The notes under the pieces were generated by a model that worked only from the letters and a program-made list of their open reading frames with translations, was not told where the DNA came from and ran no database searches. DNA of 63,823 bases, counting the filler, from an uncultured bacterium (GTDB lineage: Bacteria > CAYJRR01): the NCBI GenBank assembly GCA_964372275.1. It is 3 parts of 3 records of this genome, joined end to end, with 100 filler letters (N's around TTAATTAATTAA, not from the genome) between each part and the next. Parts side by side here need not be neighbours in the genome. Positions count along the whole stretch, not along the records: positions 1 to 26,273 come from CAYJRR010000065.1; 2 more parts are not named here. The stretch is one strand, 5' to 3'. Below, piece after piece: positions 1 through 13,091 of the stretch (the stretch's first letter is position 1; the number at the start of each line of letters is the position of its first letter). Made by a program: the position numbers and the translations under genes.

Positions 1-2441
<2,441 letters not shown>

Positions 2442-2515
2442 ACGATCCGCCCTTCGGGCTTCCTCGGGAGTTCCCGAAACGATTCGCCCTTCGGGCTTCC
2501 TCGGGAGTTCCCGAA
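2442..2515. repeat. Two tandem 37-bp direct repeats (1 mismatch), each internally palindromic
   Basis: acgatccgcccttcgggcttcctcgggagttcccgaa (2442-2478) and acgattcgcccttcgggcttcctcgggagttcccgaa (2479-2515); each contains ttcggg...cccgaa and tcggga-gt-tcccga inverted pairs. Confidence 0.9.
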
Positions 2516-2604
2516 CCCCGCGCACCCTATCCGACGCGGGCGGCGCTGCCAACCGCGCCGGCGTGGAGAACGGCGGCGTGCCGACGATCCAGTAGACTCC
2601 GCGC

Positions 2605-5259
2605 GTGCTCCCGCGCCTGCGCCCGATTGCCGCCGCGCTGCTCTTCTTCCTGGCGGGGCTCCTCTACTTCGCGCGCGCACTCCCGCTCGAAGGGAAGGTC
2701 CTCTTCTCGCCGGGATTCCTGCAGGGTCGCGTTCCATTCAGCCTGCATGCGAAACGGCCACCGCCGATCTCGATGCGGCGTCACCAGGCCGACGTGGCCC
2801 AGGTCTTCGTCCCCTGGCAGCTCCACCTTCGCGAGGAGGTCCGCGCCGGCCGGCTGCCGCTGTGGCTGCATTCGTCGCTCGCCGGCACGCCGTTCCTGGC
2901 GAACGACCAGACCGGCGTCTTCTCCCCCGGAACGCTGCTCGCCACGCTCTTCCCGCGCTCGGCGCAGTTGACGGTGATGGCGCTCGTCCGGCTCCTCTTC
3001 GCCGGGGTGGGGATGATCCTGCTGATGCGCGCGTGGGGGTTGAGCCCTCCGGCGCAGGCGACGGGGGCCGTGCTGCACGGCTTCTCCTGGATCCTGCTCT
3101 ACTGGCTCGGGTGGCCGCTCGGTGGGACGGCGGCGATGCTCCCGTGGCTCGCGCTCGGCGTCGAGCGGGTGCGGACGCGCGGCGATGGGCGCGCGGTGGC
3201 GCTGCTCGCCGGAGCGGTCTGCTTCACGTTGTTCGCCGGCCACGCCGAGACGACGGCGCAGCTCGTGGCGGGGATCGGCCTGTTCTTCGCGATCCGGCTG
3301 GCGACCGCCGAGGACCGCGCCACCTCGACGCCGCCCCTGCGCGCGGCCGGCCTGGCGCTCGGCGGCGTGGCGTTAGGGACACTGCTCGCCGGAATCCATG
3401 TCGTGCCGTTCCTCGAGCTTCTCCAGCGGAGCCACCTGTGGGCGGCGCGCTCCGGGCCGAACCTGGAGACGCAGCCGCTCTCCGGACTGCTGATGTTCTT
3501 CGCCGCCGACGCGTCCGGCTATCTTTCCTGGCTCCGCTCGACGGCGCTCGACGCACCCGGGGGGTTTTCGAACAAGGGGGCGCAGGAGCTGCAAACGGCG
3601 TACGTCGGCCTCGCGGCGCTCGCGCTCGGGGTTCCCGCGCTCGTCATCGCGGCGAGGCGCCGCCTGGCGCTGGCGCTCGCGGCGTCGGTCGCCGTCTACC
3701 TGGGGGTGATCTTCGGGCTCGGCCCCCACTGGATCTACGGGCACCTGCCGGTGTTGCAGAAGGCGCACAACAGCCGCTGCATGTTCCTCGTCTCCTTCTT
3801 CCTCGCCTCGCTCGGAGCGCTCGGCGTGCAGGCGCTGCTCGAGCGCCCGCGCGCCTGGCGCCCGCTCGCGGCCGGCGCCGCCGCCGCCATCACCCTCTCG
3901 GTCGTCGCGATGCGCACCGTCGGTCCCGACCTGCCGCTCGCGCGAGGACTCTTCCCGATCGCGGCGGCGGCGGCGGTCGCGGCGATCGGCTACCGGCTTT
4001 GGCGGACGGCCGACGCCGACCGCGCGTCGTGGAGCTGGGCCCTGCCCGCCGTCTGCGCGCTCGACCTGTTGTCGGTCGGCGGCGTCGTCAACCGCTGGTG
4101 CGCGCCGGCCGAGGTCTTTCCGGTCGAGCCGGTGAAGCCGCTGCTCGCGGGGGCCGGGGAGACGGGCTTCTTCGCCGCCTACGACGGGATCTTCCCGCCG
4201 TCGTTCTCGGCCGCCTACGGCCTGCGCGATCTGCGCGCCTACGAACCGATGATGACCCGGCGGTGGCGGCGCTTCTACCGGAACGTCGATCGCGCGGAGA
4301 CCGAGAAGGGGCTGATGCTCTACACCTATCACCCGGATGCCGACTGGCTCCGCGTGGCGGGGGTGGACCGGTACCTGCTCGGCGCCGCCCCCGATCCAGG
4401 CGCCGACTGGGTGCCGATCGACGCGCGACCCGCCGGCTCGAACGGGCCCGGCGCCACGCCCGGCGATTGGACGATCGGCTGCGACGCGGGAATCGTCCAT
4501 CAGCTCCAGCTCCCGCCACTCCCGCGCGAATCGGTCGTCTCCGCGCGACACCCCGACGGCCGACCGATCCCGGCGCGCCGGGTTCGCATCGGCGCGTCGA
4601 CGGTGCTCCAGCTCGCCGAAAGCGTCGTCTGTCCTGCGTCGATCGTCGTCGAACTCCGCACCCGGAATGGCGCGGTGATCGATCTTCCGGCGCCGGTCGT
4701 CCCCTGGTCCCACCGTCTCCATGCGTCGAGGGTCGACTGGCTGGACAGCGGCCTCGCGTTCCTGCGCGACGAACGTGCGCGGCCGTTCGCCTGGATCGCC
4801 GACGTGGTGATTGCGGCGACGGACGAAGAGGACGCCGAGCGGAAGATGCTCGCGCGGATCGCCGACCCGGCGCGGTGGGCGGTGGTGGAAGATCGTTCCT
4901 CGGGCGCCGATCCTTCCGCGGCGTCCGCGCCTCGAGCGGCCGACGAGGCGTCGACCGTTCGCGTCACACGGAACGCGCCGGGGTCGATCGACGTCGACGC
5001 CTCCCTCGACGCGGCCGGCTGGTTGGTGGTGCAGGAGTCGTGGGATCCCGGTTGGCGCGCCACCGTCGACGGGAAGCGGGTCTCCGCCCGGCCCGCCAAC
5101 CTCGTCTTCCAGGCGATCCCGATCGACGCCGGACCCCACCGCGTCGAGCTCCGCTACCGCCCCGCCTCCTTCCGCTGGGGGATTCTCTCGACCGCGCTCG
5201 GGCTTGGCGTCGTGACCCTCCTTCTGCGGCGGAGGCCGGGGATCGACGTGGCCGCCTGA
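2605..5259 (+). CDS. YfhO-family polytopic membrane protein (putative GT-C glycosyltransferase)
   Basis: 884 aa with many TM segments; N-terminal 'GRLPLWLHSSLAGTPFLANDQ'; C-terminal 'LVVQESWDPGWRATVDG...ANLVFQAIPIDAGPHRVELRYRP' typical of YfhO. Confidence 0.85.
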   Translation: MLPRLRPIAAALLFFLAGLLYFARALPLEGKVLFSPGFLQGRVPFSLHAKRPPPISMRRHQADVAQVFVPWQLHLREEVRAGRLPLWLHSSLAGTPFLANDQTGVFSPGTLLATLFPRSAQLTVMALVRLLFAGVGMILLMRAWGLSPPAQATGAVLHGFSWILLYWLGWPLGGTAAMLPWLALGVERVRTRGDGRAVALLAGAVCFTLFAGHAETTAQLVAGIGLFFAIRLATAEDRATSTPPLRAAGLALGGVALGTLLAGIHVVPFLELLQRSHLWAARSGPNLETQPLSGLLMFFAADASGYLSWLRSTALDAPGGFSNKGAQELQTAYVGLAALALGVPALVIAARRRLALALAASVAVYLGVIFGLGPHWIYGHLPVLQKAHNSRCMFLVSFFLASLGALGVQALLERPRAWRPLAAGAAAAITLSVVAMRTVGPDLPLARGLFPIAAAAAVAAIGYRLWRTADADRASWSWALPAVCALDLLSVGGVVNRWCAPAEVFPVEPVKPLLAGAGETGFFAAYDGIFPPSFSAAYGLRDLRAYEPMMTRRWRRFYRNVDRAETEKGLMLYTYHPDADWLRVAGVDRYLLGAAPDPGADWVPIDARPAGSNGPGATPGDWTIGCDAGIVHQLQLPPLPRESVVSARHPDGRPIPARRVRIGASTVLQLAESVVCPASIVVELRTRNGAVIDLPAPVVPWSHRLHASRVDWLDSGLAFLRDERARPFAWIADVVIAATDEEDAERKMLARIADPARWAVVEDRSSGADPSAASAPRAADEASTVRVTRNAPGSIDVDASLDAAGWLVVQESWDPGWRATVDGKRVSARPANLVFQAIPIDAGPHRVELRYRPASFRWGILSTALGLGVVTLLLRRRPGIDVAA

Positions 5260-5270
5260 TACCGCCCCCG

Positions 5271-5296
5271 GGAACCTTTCCGGGCTCCCGGTGTCT
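5271..5296 (+). promoter_or_regulatory. Possible ECF-sigma promoter (GGAACC-N16-GTCT) upstream of the VWA gene
   Basis: ggaacc 5271-5276, 16-nt spacer, gtct 5293-5296; resembles the general ECF -35/-10 consensus. Confidence 0.35.
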
Positions 5297-5355
5297 CACC
5301 TCCCGAACGTCGTTTTCGCCGCGACAATCGCCGCCGCGGCCCGAGGGAGGATCCG

Positions 5356-6495
5356 ATGAAATCGAGACTCACGCGCTTCGTCCCGTTCCTGGTCGCCGCG
5401 TCGATCGGTCTTTCGCCGTTGGTCGCCTCCGCCCACGCCCCGTCCAAACCGGAACCACGACGGCGCGTCGATCTGGTCCTCGCGCTCGACACGTCGAACA
5501 GCATGGACGGCCTGATCAACTCGGCGAAGGCGCGGCTGTGGGACGTGGTGCAGGAGCTCGCGCGCGCCAAGCCGGCGCCGGAGCTGCGCGTCGCGCTCTA
5601 CACCTACGGCAACGACGGATACGCGGCGGCGTCGGGGTGGGTCCGCAAGGAGAGCGACTTCACCACCAACCTCGACAGCCTGTATCAGCGGCTCTCGGCC
5701 GTCACCACCAACGGCGGGACGGAGTACGTCGCGCGCGTGGTGAAGGCCGCGACCGAGGAGCTCGCCTGGAGCCCGGAGAAGAACACGCTGCGGATCCTCT
5801 ACGTCGCGGGGAACGAAGCGGCGACGCAGGACCCGAAGAACGACGTGAACGCCGTGGCCAAGGCGGCGATCACCCGCGGGATCCTGGTGAACACGATCTA
5901 CTGCGGCTCGCCGATGAACCCGGAGTCGCAGGCGTGGGCGGCGGTGGCGAAGGCGGCCGACGGGTCGTTCGCGGCGATCGACCAGGACCGGGGGGTGCAG
6001 ATCGCCTCGACGCCGATGGACGCGAAGCTGTCGAGCCTGTCGCAGGAGCTGAACCGGACCTACATCGGCTTCGGGAAGGTGAGCGAATCGCGGGTGCGGG
6101 AGCAGGCGGCGGCCGACTCCTCGGCGGCGGCGATGGGGGCGCCGGTGGCGGCCGCGCGCGCCGCCGCCAAGGCGAGCGTCGTCTACGACAACGCCGAGTG
6201 GGACCTGGTCGACGCCAGCAAGCGGAGCGGCTTCAAGCTCGACGAGGTCGAGGCGGAGGCGCTGCCGGCGGAGATGAAATCGATGTCGAAGGAGGAGCGC
6301 GCGACGTACGTCGACGGCATGGCGAAGAAGCGCGAGTCGATCCAGAAGGAGATCGCAAGACTGTCCGCCGAGCGCGAGAAGTTCCTCCTCGAAGAGTCGA
6401 AGAAGCAGGCGTCGAAGGGTCCGCAGTCGCTCGACGCCGCGCTCAAGGCCTCGATCCGCGACCAAGCGACCAAGGCCGGATTCCGCTTCGACTGA
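5356..6495 (+). CDS. Secreted VWA-domain protein
   Basis: Signal peptide; MIDAS motif 'DLVLALDTSNSMDGLI'; 'GGTEY'; RBS ggagga; coiled-coil C-terminus. Confidence 0.9.
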   Translation: MKSRLTRFVPFLVAASIGLSPLVASAHAPSKPEPRRRVDLVLALDTSNSMDGLINSAKARLWDVVQELARAKPAPELRVALYTYGNDGYAAASGWVRKESDFTTNLDSLYQRLSAVTTNGGTEYVARVVKAATEELAWSPEKNTLRILYVAGNEAATQDPKNDVNAVAKAAITRGILVNTIYCGSPMNPESQAWAAVAKAADGSFAAIDQDRGVQIASTPMDAKLSSLSQELNRTYIGFGKVSESRVREQAAADSSAAAMGAPVAAARAAAKASVVYDNAEWDLVDASKRSGFKLDEVEAEALPAEMKSMSKEERATYVDGMAKKRESIQKEIARLSAEREKFLLEESKKQASKGPQSLDAALKASIRDQATKAGFRFD

Positions 6496-6512
6496 ACGGA
6501 TCTCGTACCCGA

Positions 6513-6583
6513 GAGCGGGGACTATGATTCCCCGCTCCGACGGCCGGGGAGGCGTGCCCCTTCCCCGGCCGTCGTCTTCGTTT
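6513..6583 (+). terminator. Two consecutive GC-rich hairpins followed by a T-rich tail after the VWA gene
   Basis: gagcgggga...tccccgctc (6513-6537) and cgacggccgggga...tccccggccgtcg (6538-6574), then tcttcgttttc. Confidence 0.55.
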
Positions 6584-6638
6584 TCGCGTGCTATAAAACC
6601 CGCCCGCCAGCGAGCATGCCGGCGTGGAGGAGGACGCG

Positions 6639-7436
6639 ATGGCGGCGATGCACGAAGTCGACTACAAGATCTTCGGCGACGACATGCAGTACGTGGAGGT
6701 CGAGCTCGACCCGGGCGAAGCGACCGTCGCCGAAGCCGGCGGCATGATGTACATGGAGGACGGGATCGAGATGGAGACCGTCTTCGGCGACGGCACCGCC
6801 CAGCAGAAGGGGTTCCTGAGCGCGCTGATGGGGGCCGGGAAGAGGCTGCTCACCGGCGAGTCGCTCTTCATGACCGTCTTCCTCAACAAAGGCTCACAGA
6901 AGAGGCGCGTCGCCTTCGGCGCCCCCTATCCGGGGAAGATCATCGCCGTCCATCTCGCCGCCGTCGGCGGAGAGCTGATCGCGCAGAAGGACTCCTTCCT
7001 CGCGGCGGCGAAAGGGGTGAGCCTGGGGATCGCCTTCCAGAAAAAACTCGGTGTCGGCCTGTTCGGCGGCGAGGGGTTCGTGATGCAGCGGCTGCAAGGG
7101 GACGGCTGGGCCTTCGTCCACGCCGGCGGGACGCTGCACGAGCGCACGCTCGCTCCCGGCGAGACGCTGCGCGTCGACACCGGCTGCATCGTGGCCTTCC
7201 AGCCGTCGGTCGCCTACGACATCCAGTACGTCGGCAAGGTGAAGTCGGCGCTCTTCGGCGGCGAGGGTCTGTTCTTCGCGACGCTCAAAGGGCCGGGCAA
7301 GGTCTGGTTGCAGTCGCTTCCGATGAGCCGGCTGGCGGGACGGATCCTCGCCGCGGCGCCGGCCTCCGGCGGGGCGGCACGGGACGAGGGATCTCTCCTC
7401 GGCGCCATCGGCGGGGTTCTCGGCGGCGACCGGTAG
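6639..7436 (+). CDS. TIGR00266 / AIM24-family protein
   Basis: '[29 protein letters not shown]', 'GLFGGEGF', '[11 protein letters not shown]'; RBS ggagga before ATG 6639; TGCTATAAAA extended -10-like element at ~6589. Confidence 0.92.
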   Translation: MAAMHEVDYKIFGDDMQYVEVELDPGEATVAEAGGMMYMEDGIEMETVFGDGTAQQKGFLSALMGAGKRLLTGESLFMTVFLNKGSQKRRVAFGAPYPGKIIAVHLAAVGGELIAQKDSFLAAAKGVSLGIAFQKKLGVGLFGGEGFVMQRLQGDGWAFVHAGGTLHERTLAPGETLRVDTGCIVAFQPSVAYDIQYVGKVKSALFGGEGLFFATLKGPGKVWLQSLPMSRLAGRILAAAPASGGAARDEGSLLGAIGGVLGGDR

Positions 7437-7440
7437 AGCC

Positions 7441-7833
7441 ATGAGAACCGGCGGATGTGCCTGTGGAGCCGTGCGATACGCCGTCAGCCTCGAGCCTACG
7501 CCCGTCACGTTTTGTCATTGCTCGAAGTGCAGACGCTGGCATGGACACGTCGGGGCGTACACCGCCGTTGACCGCTCCGGTTTTCACCTCACGGAGAAGC
7601 GGGGGCTAACGTGGTACGCGGCGTCTCCAACGGTGCGAAAGGGTTTCTGCGGCGAGTGCGGGTCGAGTCTTCTTTGGGACGAAGAGGGCGTTCCGAAGAT
7701 GTCGATCTGCGCGGGCACCTTCGATGCCCCGACGGGACTGATGCCAAAGGCCCATATCTATCTGGGAAGCAGGGGTGACTACTACGAAGTGCCCGACGAC
7801 GGGCTTCTCCGGAGAGAAGAGTTCACCCGCTGA
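7441..7833 (+). CDS. GFA / CENP-V family Zn-binding protein
   Basis: Cys pattern GGCACGAVRY, CHCSKCRR, FCGECGSSL. Confidence 0.92.
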   Translation: MRTGGCACGAVRYAVSLEPTPVTFCHCSKCRRWHGHVGAYTAVDRSGFHLTEKRGLTWYAASPTVRKGFCGECGSSLLWDEEGVPKMSICAGTFDAPTGLMPKAHIYLGSRGDYYEVPDDGLLRREEFTR

Positions 7834-8013
7834 TGCCGGGCGGCGCACCGACGTCACGCATGGCGGCGATCGGGGTGGCGGCGATCCAGGCGCGTAGCGC
7901 CGTCGTCGCCAGCATGTAGGCCCCGATCAGGAGTGCGGCGATCAGGAGCGGGCGGAAAAGTCGGCGCTGGCGCGCGAGGAATCGCGGCAGGCGCAGGAGC
8001 GCCCGCTCTTTCA
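7823..8013 (-). CDS. Small hypothetical membrane protein (start uncertain)
   Basis: MKERALLRLPRF...LLIAALLIGAYMLATTAL, one TM helix; fills the space between convergent/divergent genes. Confidence 0.35.
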
Positions 8014-8202
8014 TCCGTAGCTCGACCACGCTTCGTCCGGGGACCATTGCCGCCGCTCCTTTCCGTGCAACTCCATAGACGTTCCGGACGGCCCTTTTAT
8101 TCCTTCCACAGGCTGGGTCAAACACCTGCTCCGGAAGGGGATTCCGCCGCGAAATTCGGCTCGGACTGGAGGGTTTCCAACGACGGAGGGGGGCGCGTGG
8201 GA

Positions 8203-8775
8203 ATGGGGCGGCTCCGTCGGAAAAGCCGGTCGGTCACTCATCGCCGCCTGTTCCGACTGGGGCTTCTGGCGGCGGCCGTCCTCCTGGCGATCGTCGCGTG
8301 CAATCCGACGGTGCGGACGGTGTTCCGCTACGCGCGTCCGCCGGATCGGTACCTCGTCCCGGTCGCCGGCCTCGACCCGTCGTCGATCGTCAGCACCTGG
8401 GGGGCCGCGCGATCCGGCGGACGGAAGCATCGCGGAGTCGACCTGTTCGCGCCGCGCGGAACGCGCGTCGTCGCCGCCACCGACGGGCTCGTGCTCTCGA
8501 CTCGCCCCAACGCGCTCGGCGGAAAGGTGGTCCACCTCCTGGGGGAGGGGCTCACCCTGCACTACTACGCCCACCTCGACGATTGGGCGGACGGGTTGCG
8601 GCGCGGCGACCACGTGCGCGCCGGCGATCTGCTCGGCTACGTCGGGAACAGCGGCAACGCGGCGACGACCCCGGCGCACCTCCACTTCGGCTTGACCCGC
8701 ATCGAACCGATCGGCTTCCGCCGAGTGCGCGTCGACCCGGCGCCGATCCTGCGCATGGCGTCGGCCTCCCGCTAG
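8203..8775 (+). CDS. M23-family metallopeptidase (start uncertain)
   Basis: HxxxD 'HRGVDLF', 'YYAHL', 'GYVGNSGNA', HxH 'PAHLHFG'; N-terminal TM/signal segment. Confidence 0.92.
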   Translation: MGRLRRKSRSVTHRRLFRLGLLAAAVLLAIVACNPTVRTVFRYARPPDRYLVPVAGLDPSSIVSTWGAARSGGRKHRGVDLFAPRGTRVVAATDGLVLSTRPNALGGKVVHLLGEGLTLHYYAHLDDWADGLRRGDHVRAGDLLGYVGNSGNAATTPAHLHFGLTRIEPIGFRRVRVDPAPILRMASASR

Positions 8776-8784
8776 CGGTGGCGC

Positions 8785-9894
8785 CTAGACGACCTCCTCG
8801 TAGATGCGTTGGTAGGCGCCGACCATCGCCCGCAACGTGTAGCGCCGGAGGAAGGTCTCGCGCGCCGCCGCGCCCATCCGCTCCCCGAGCGGCCGGTCGT
8901 GGAGCAACGTCAGGACCGCCTCGGCGATCCCCCCGACGTCACCGGCGGGCACGAGCAGACCGGTCCGTCCGTGCTCGAGGATCTCGGGATTGCCGCCGAC
9001 GGCGGTGGCGACCGACGGCCGTGCGGCGGCCATCGCTTCGAGCAACGTCAGACTCAGACCCTCGGAGTGCGACGTCAACGCGTGCAGATCGCTCGCGGCG
9101 AGGATCGACGGCACGTCGTTCCGATCGCCGAGGAAACGGACGCTCGCGTCGAGGCCGAGCGACGAGGCGAGGCTCTCCAGGCTCCACTGGTCTGGCCCGA
9201 CGCCGGCCAGGAGCAGGGTGGCGCCCGGCATGCGGTCGACGACCCGCCGCCAGGCACGGAGGAGCGCGGGGTGGTTCTTCACCGCGGCGAGGCGCGCGAT
9301 GCACGAGACGACCGGCGCGGTCCGCGGCAGGTCGAGCGTGGCGCGAGCGAAGCCGCGATCGATCGGCGCGGTGAAACGTTCCTCCTCGACGCCGTTCGGA
9401 ACGACCTCGATCCGTTCGGCCGGGAGGCGTTCCCACCGGACGAGGGCGGAGCGGATCCACTCCGCCACCACCACCATCCGGTCGGCCCGGCGCCCGGCGA
9501 GGCCGTGGACGATCCGGCCGAGGCCGCCGCCGCCGAACGCGCGGTCGTGCTCGGTGTGGACCAGCGGAACGGCCCCTGCGAGCGTGGCCGCAATCGCCGC
9601 GTAGACGAGCGCCGTCACGTTGTGGGCGTGCACCACGTCGGGACGCTCCTGGCGCATCCGCCGCGCGAGGACCCGCACCAGCGACACGTCGAGGAATCCC
9701 GGTTTGCGCCGGTCGTACCGCACCGGGACGCCCATCGCCTGGGTGACGGTGGCGAGCTCGCCGACGAAGTCGAAGACGTGCACCGACGGCGCGAACCGCG
9801 CGGGGTCGAGGCGCGTGGCCAACAGGTGCACCATCCGCTCGAGACCACCGGTCGCGAGGTTGGGTACGACGTAGAGGACGCGGATCGGAGGCAT
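8785..9894 (-). CDS. GT4 (GT-B) glycosyltransferase
   Basis: 'VLYVVPNLATGGLE', 'PDVVHAHN', EX7E motif 'SEGLSLTLLEAMAA', 'TAVGGNPEI'. Confidence 0.93.
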   Translation of the reverse strand: MPPIRVLYVVPNLATGGLERMVHLLATRLDPARFAPSVHVFDFVGELATVTQAMGVPVRYDRRKPGFLDVSLVRVLARRMRQERPDVVHAHNVTALVYAAIAATLAGAVPLVHTEHDRAFGGGGLGRIVHGLAGRRADRMVVVAEWIRSALVRWERLPAERIEVVPNGVEEERFTAPIDRGFARATLDLPRTAPVVSCIARLAAVKNHPALLRAWRRVVDRMPGATLLLAGVGPDQWSLESLASSLGLDASVRFLGDRNDVPSILAASDLHALTSHSEGLSLTLLEAMAAARPSVATAVGGNPEILEHGRTGLLVPAGDVGGIAEAVLTLLHDRPLGERMGAAARETFLRRYTLRAMVGAYQRIYEEVV

Positions 9895-9999
9895 CGTTTC
9901 GCTCGACGCGGTCCCTTTGTTTGCGGTCGGTCCGTCGCGCCGCAACGGCCACCTTTGCGCTGGATTTCGCCGATCGATTGCCTACCTCACCAGGTCGGC

Positions 10000-12096
10000 A
10001 TGCGCGCGCGCGACGATCGGAAGGAGCGGGTGGAGGCACACTTTTCCGCGGTCGCCCGCGACTACCACCGGTGGAACTACGAGATCCCCGTCGACGACGG
10101 ACGCTACCCGGACATCCTGGTGCGCCACCGGCGGATCCTGGAAATGGTGGAATCCCTACGAGGACGGGCTCTCGACATCGGATGCGGCAGCGGACGCCTC
10201 CTGCTCGACCTGACGCGACGCGGGTTCGAGACGGTGGGGATCGACCTGTCGCCGACGATGATCGACGCGACGCGCGAGTTGTTCCGGCGGAACGGATTGG
10301 CTCCACCCGAGCTGTTCGTCGCCGACGTCGAGTCGCTCCCGTTCGGCGACGGGCGATTCGACCTCGTCACCGCCGGTGGCGTGATCGAGTACCTGGCCGA
10401 GGACGACGCCGCGCTCGCGGAGATCCGGCGGGTCCTCGCCCCGGGGGGACGGCTCGTCGTTTCGGTGAGGAACGCGCGCAACCTTTCCCGCCCGCTGGTT
10501 CTCGCGCGCGACGCGCTTCGCCGGATCGCCGGGATCGGCTCGGTCGTCGACGCGGCGCATCGGCAGTTCCGGCGCGCGCTGCCGCCGCGAGCGGCCCGCA
10601 CGTGGCCCACGGTGCGCTTCCACCACCCGTGGAGATTCCGCCGGACGCTCGCGCGCCACGGTCTCGAGGTCGAAGACGCCGCCTACTTCCACTTCGCCGT
10701 CGCCCCTCCCCTGGTGCGCCGGCTGGCTCCCCGACGGTCGATCGACGTCGGTCTCGCGCTCGAACGCCTGGCGCGGACGCCGCTCGGTCCTTTCGGCTCC
10801 GCCTACCTGGTCAAAGCGGCGGCGGACGCCCGGCCCGCGCCGAGACCCCGGCGCGCCGCCGACGATCGCCCGCCGACGGCGGTGGTCGTGCGTCTCGGTC
10901 TCACCGGGCTGGGGCTCGTGCGTTCGTTGTCTCGGCGGGACCTCGGCGCGCGCGTTCCGATCGTCGCCGTCGACGGCGGATTCGCGCACCCCGCGGCGGC
11001 GACGCGCCTCTGCCAGCGGTGGACCTGTCACGGGATCGACGGTCCCGGCCTCGTCGACGGGCTGGAGGGGCTCGGAGGCTCCGTGAACGAGAGGCCGGTG
11101 CTGTTCCTGAGCGACGACGCGTCGGTGTTGCGGGTCGCGGCGGCGCCCGCGCGCCTGGGACCGCGCTACCGTTACCTCCTCCCGTCGACCGACGTCGTCG
11201 AGCTGCTCGCGGACAAGACGCGCTTCGCCGAGCACGCCGAACGCCACGGGTTCCCGATCCCGAAGACGTTCGTCCTCCGGAGCCGGGAAGACCTCGACCG
11301 CGCGCTTCCCAGGATCCCCTTCCCGTGCGTACTGAAGCCGTCGTGGCGTCCGCCCGCCTGGGAGAGCCGGAGATATCCGAAGGCGTTCGTGCTCTCACAC
11401 CCCGACCACCTGCGAGCGCGATTCGACGCCTATCGCCACGCGCACGGCGACTTCGTGGTGCAAGAGTGGATCGACGGAAGCGACGCGGCGATCTTCTTCT
11501 GCCTCGTCTATTTCGACGCCCGTTCGCGGTGCATCGCGACTTTCACCGGCCGGAAGCTCCGTCAATGGCCGTGCGGCGCGGGGAACACTTCGATCGCCGA
11601 GCCGGTCGACTGCCCGGAGGTCGAACGGACGACCCGTCGGCTGTTCGATTCGCTCGACTACCGGGGCCTGGGCTCCGTCGAGTTCAAATACGACCCGGCC
11701 TGCGGGTCGTTCAAGATCCTGGAGCCGACGGTCGGACGGCCGAACCTGCAATCGGAGCTCGCGACCGCGAACGGCGTGAACCTTGCCTGGATCGCCTACT
11801 GCGACCTGGCCGGCCTACCGTGCGGATTGCCCCGGCGTCCCCGGCGACCGGTCCGATGGGTGAACGAGCTGACCGATCCGCGCTCGGCGTTCCGATTGCG
11901 CGCCACCGGCCGGCTCACCGTCGGAGGATGGCTGTTCAGCTACGGCGCGCCACTCCATTTAGCACACTTCTCCTGGCGCGACCCGATGCCGTTCGTCGCC
12001 GCCGCCCGCGAGCTGGGCGCTTCGGTCATTCGAAAAGGTTTTCGTTCTCTCGCGGAGGCGGCTTCAGGCCGAGGTGTTCGTAGGCGCGCCGGGTGA
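10000..12096 (+). CDS. Class I SAM methyltransferase fused to an ATP-grasp (D-aspartate-ligase-like carboxylate-amine ligase) domain
   Basis: N-half 'ALDIGCGSG', '[11 protein letters not shown]', 'RVLAPGG'; C-half 'DKTRFAE', 'FPCVLKP', 'VVQEWIDG', 'GRKLRQWP', '[10 protein letters not shown]', 'EPTVGR'. This is the 3' part of ORF 8809..12096, from ATG 10000. Confidence 0.8.
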   Translation: MRARDDRKERVEAHFSAVARDYHRWNYEIPVDDGRYPDILVRHRRILEMVESLRGRALDIGCGSGRLLLDLTRRGFETVGIDLSPTMIDATRELFRRNGLAPPELFVADVESLPFGDGRFDLVTAGGVIEYLAEDDAALAEIRRVLAPGGRLVVSVRNARNLSRPLVLARDALRRIAGIGSVVDAAHRQFRRALPPRAARTWPTVRFHHPWRFRRTLARHGLEVEDAAYFHFAVAPPLVRRLAPRRSIDVGLALERLARTPLGPFGSAYLVKAAADARPAPRPRRAADDRPPTAVVVRLGLTGLGLVRSLSRRDLGARVPIVAVDGGFAHPAAATRLCQRWTCHGIDGPGLVDGLEGLGGSVNERPVLFLSDDASVLRVAAAPARLGPRYRYLLPSTDVVELLADKTRFAEHAERHGFPIPKTFVLRSREDLDRALPRIPFPCVLKPSWRPPAWESRRYPKAFVLSHPDHLRARFDAYRHAHGDFVVQEWIDGSDAAIFFCLVYFDARSRCIATFTGRKLRQWPCGAGNTSIAEPVDCPEVERTTRRLFDSLDYRGLGSVEFKYDPACGSFKILEPTVGRPNLQSELATANGVNLAWIAYCDLAGLPCGLPRRPRRPVRWVNELTDPRSAFRLRATGRLTVGGWLFSYGAPLHLAHFSWRDPMPFVAAARELGASVIRKGFRSLAEAASGRGVRRRAG

Positions 12097-13069
12097 CGAC
12101 GCGACCGCGCGGCGTGCGCTGCAGAAATCCCTCCTGCAGCAGGAACGGCTCGTAGACCTCCTCGATCGTGTCGCGATCCTCGGAGAGACTGGCGGCGATC
12201 GTCTCCACCCCGACCGGTCCGCCGCCGAAGCGCTCGATCAGCACGGAGAGGATGCGGCGATCCATCTTGTCGAAGCCGAGCTCGTCGACCTCCAGACGCG
12301 CCAGCGCAAGCCGCGCCATCTCCCGGTCGACGACGCCGCTCCCCTTCACCTGCGCGAAGTCCCGCGCTCGCGCGAGCAGACGATTGGCGATGCGCGGCGT
12401 TCCCCGGCTGCGTCGAGCGATCTCCGCCGCCCCGTCGGCCGTAATCCGCACGCGCAAGACCTCAGCCGCGCGCGTCACGATCGTCACCAACTCGGCGGCG
12501 CCGTAGTATTCGAGGCGGCTCACCACGCCGAAGCGGTTGCGCAGCGGGCTCGACAGGAGGCCAAAGCGGGTGGTGGCGCCGATCAGCGTGAACGGCGGCA
12601 GGTCGATCTTCACCGTGCGCGCCGCCGGTCCCTGCCCGATCAGGATATCGAGCTTCCGATCCTCCATCGCCGGATAGAGGATCTCTTCCACCACGCGGTT
12701 CATGCGGTGGATCTCGTCGACGAACAGGACGTCGCGCGGCTCGAGACCGGTGAGGATCCCGGCGAGATCGCCGGCGCGCTCGATCACCGGTCCGGAGGTG
12801 ACGCGGATCTGGCTCCCCAGCTCGTGGGCGATGACGTGCGCCAGCGACGTCTTGCCGAGTCCTGGAGGTCCGTAGAAGAGGAGGTGGTCGAGCGCTTCGC
12901 CCCGGCGCTTCGCCGCCTCGATGAAGACGGCGAGGTTCTCCTTCACTTTCCCCTGTCCAACGTAGTCGGCGAGGGTGCGCGGGCGGAGTCCGGGCTCCGC
13001 CGCGAGCTCGTCGGGACCCGGCGCCGCGCTCATCTCACGCCGGTCGCTTTTCTCTCGACGTCCTTGCAT
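12026..13069 (-). CDS. ruvB: Holliday junction branch migration helicase RuvB (alternative start 13033)
   Basis: '[12 protein letters not shown]', 'GPPGLGKT', 'FVDEIHR', '[13 protein letters not shown]', 'FGGGPVG', 'RTPRGR'. Confidence 0.98.
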   Translation of the reverse strand: MQGRREKSDRREMSAAPGPDELAAEPGLRPRTLADYVGQGKVKENLAVFIEAAKRRGEALDHLLFYGPPGLGKTSLAHVIAHELGSQIRVTSGPVIERAGDLAGILTGLEPRDVLFVDEIHRMNRVVEEILYPAMEDRKLDILIGQGPAARTVKIDLPPFTLIGATTRFGLLSSPLRNRFGVVSRLEYYGAAELVTIVTRAAEVLRVRITADGAAEIARRSRGTPRIANRLLARARDFAQVKGSGVVDREMARLALARLEVDELGFDKMDRRILSVLIERFGGGPVGVETIAASLSEDRDTIEEVYEPFLLQEGFLQRTPRGRVVTRRAYEHLGLKPPPRENENLFE

Positions 13070-13091
13070 CGGCCTTCCCGCCCCCTGCCCC

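Noticed and set aside
2442..2515. 37-bp palindromic repeats as a mini-CRISPR
   Set aside because: The units are directly adjacent with no spacer, there are only two copies, and no cas genes are present.
8020..8200. Possible riboswitch upstream of the M23 gene
   Set aside because: Could not match the conserved core of any riboswitch family by eye; an Infernal/Rfam scan would be needed.
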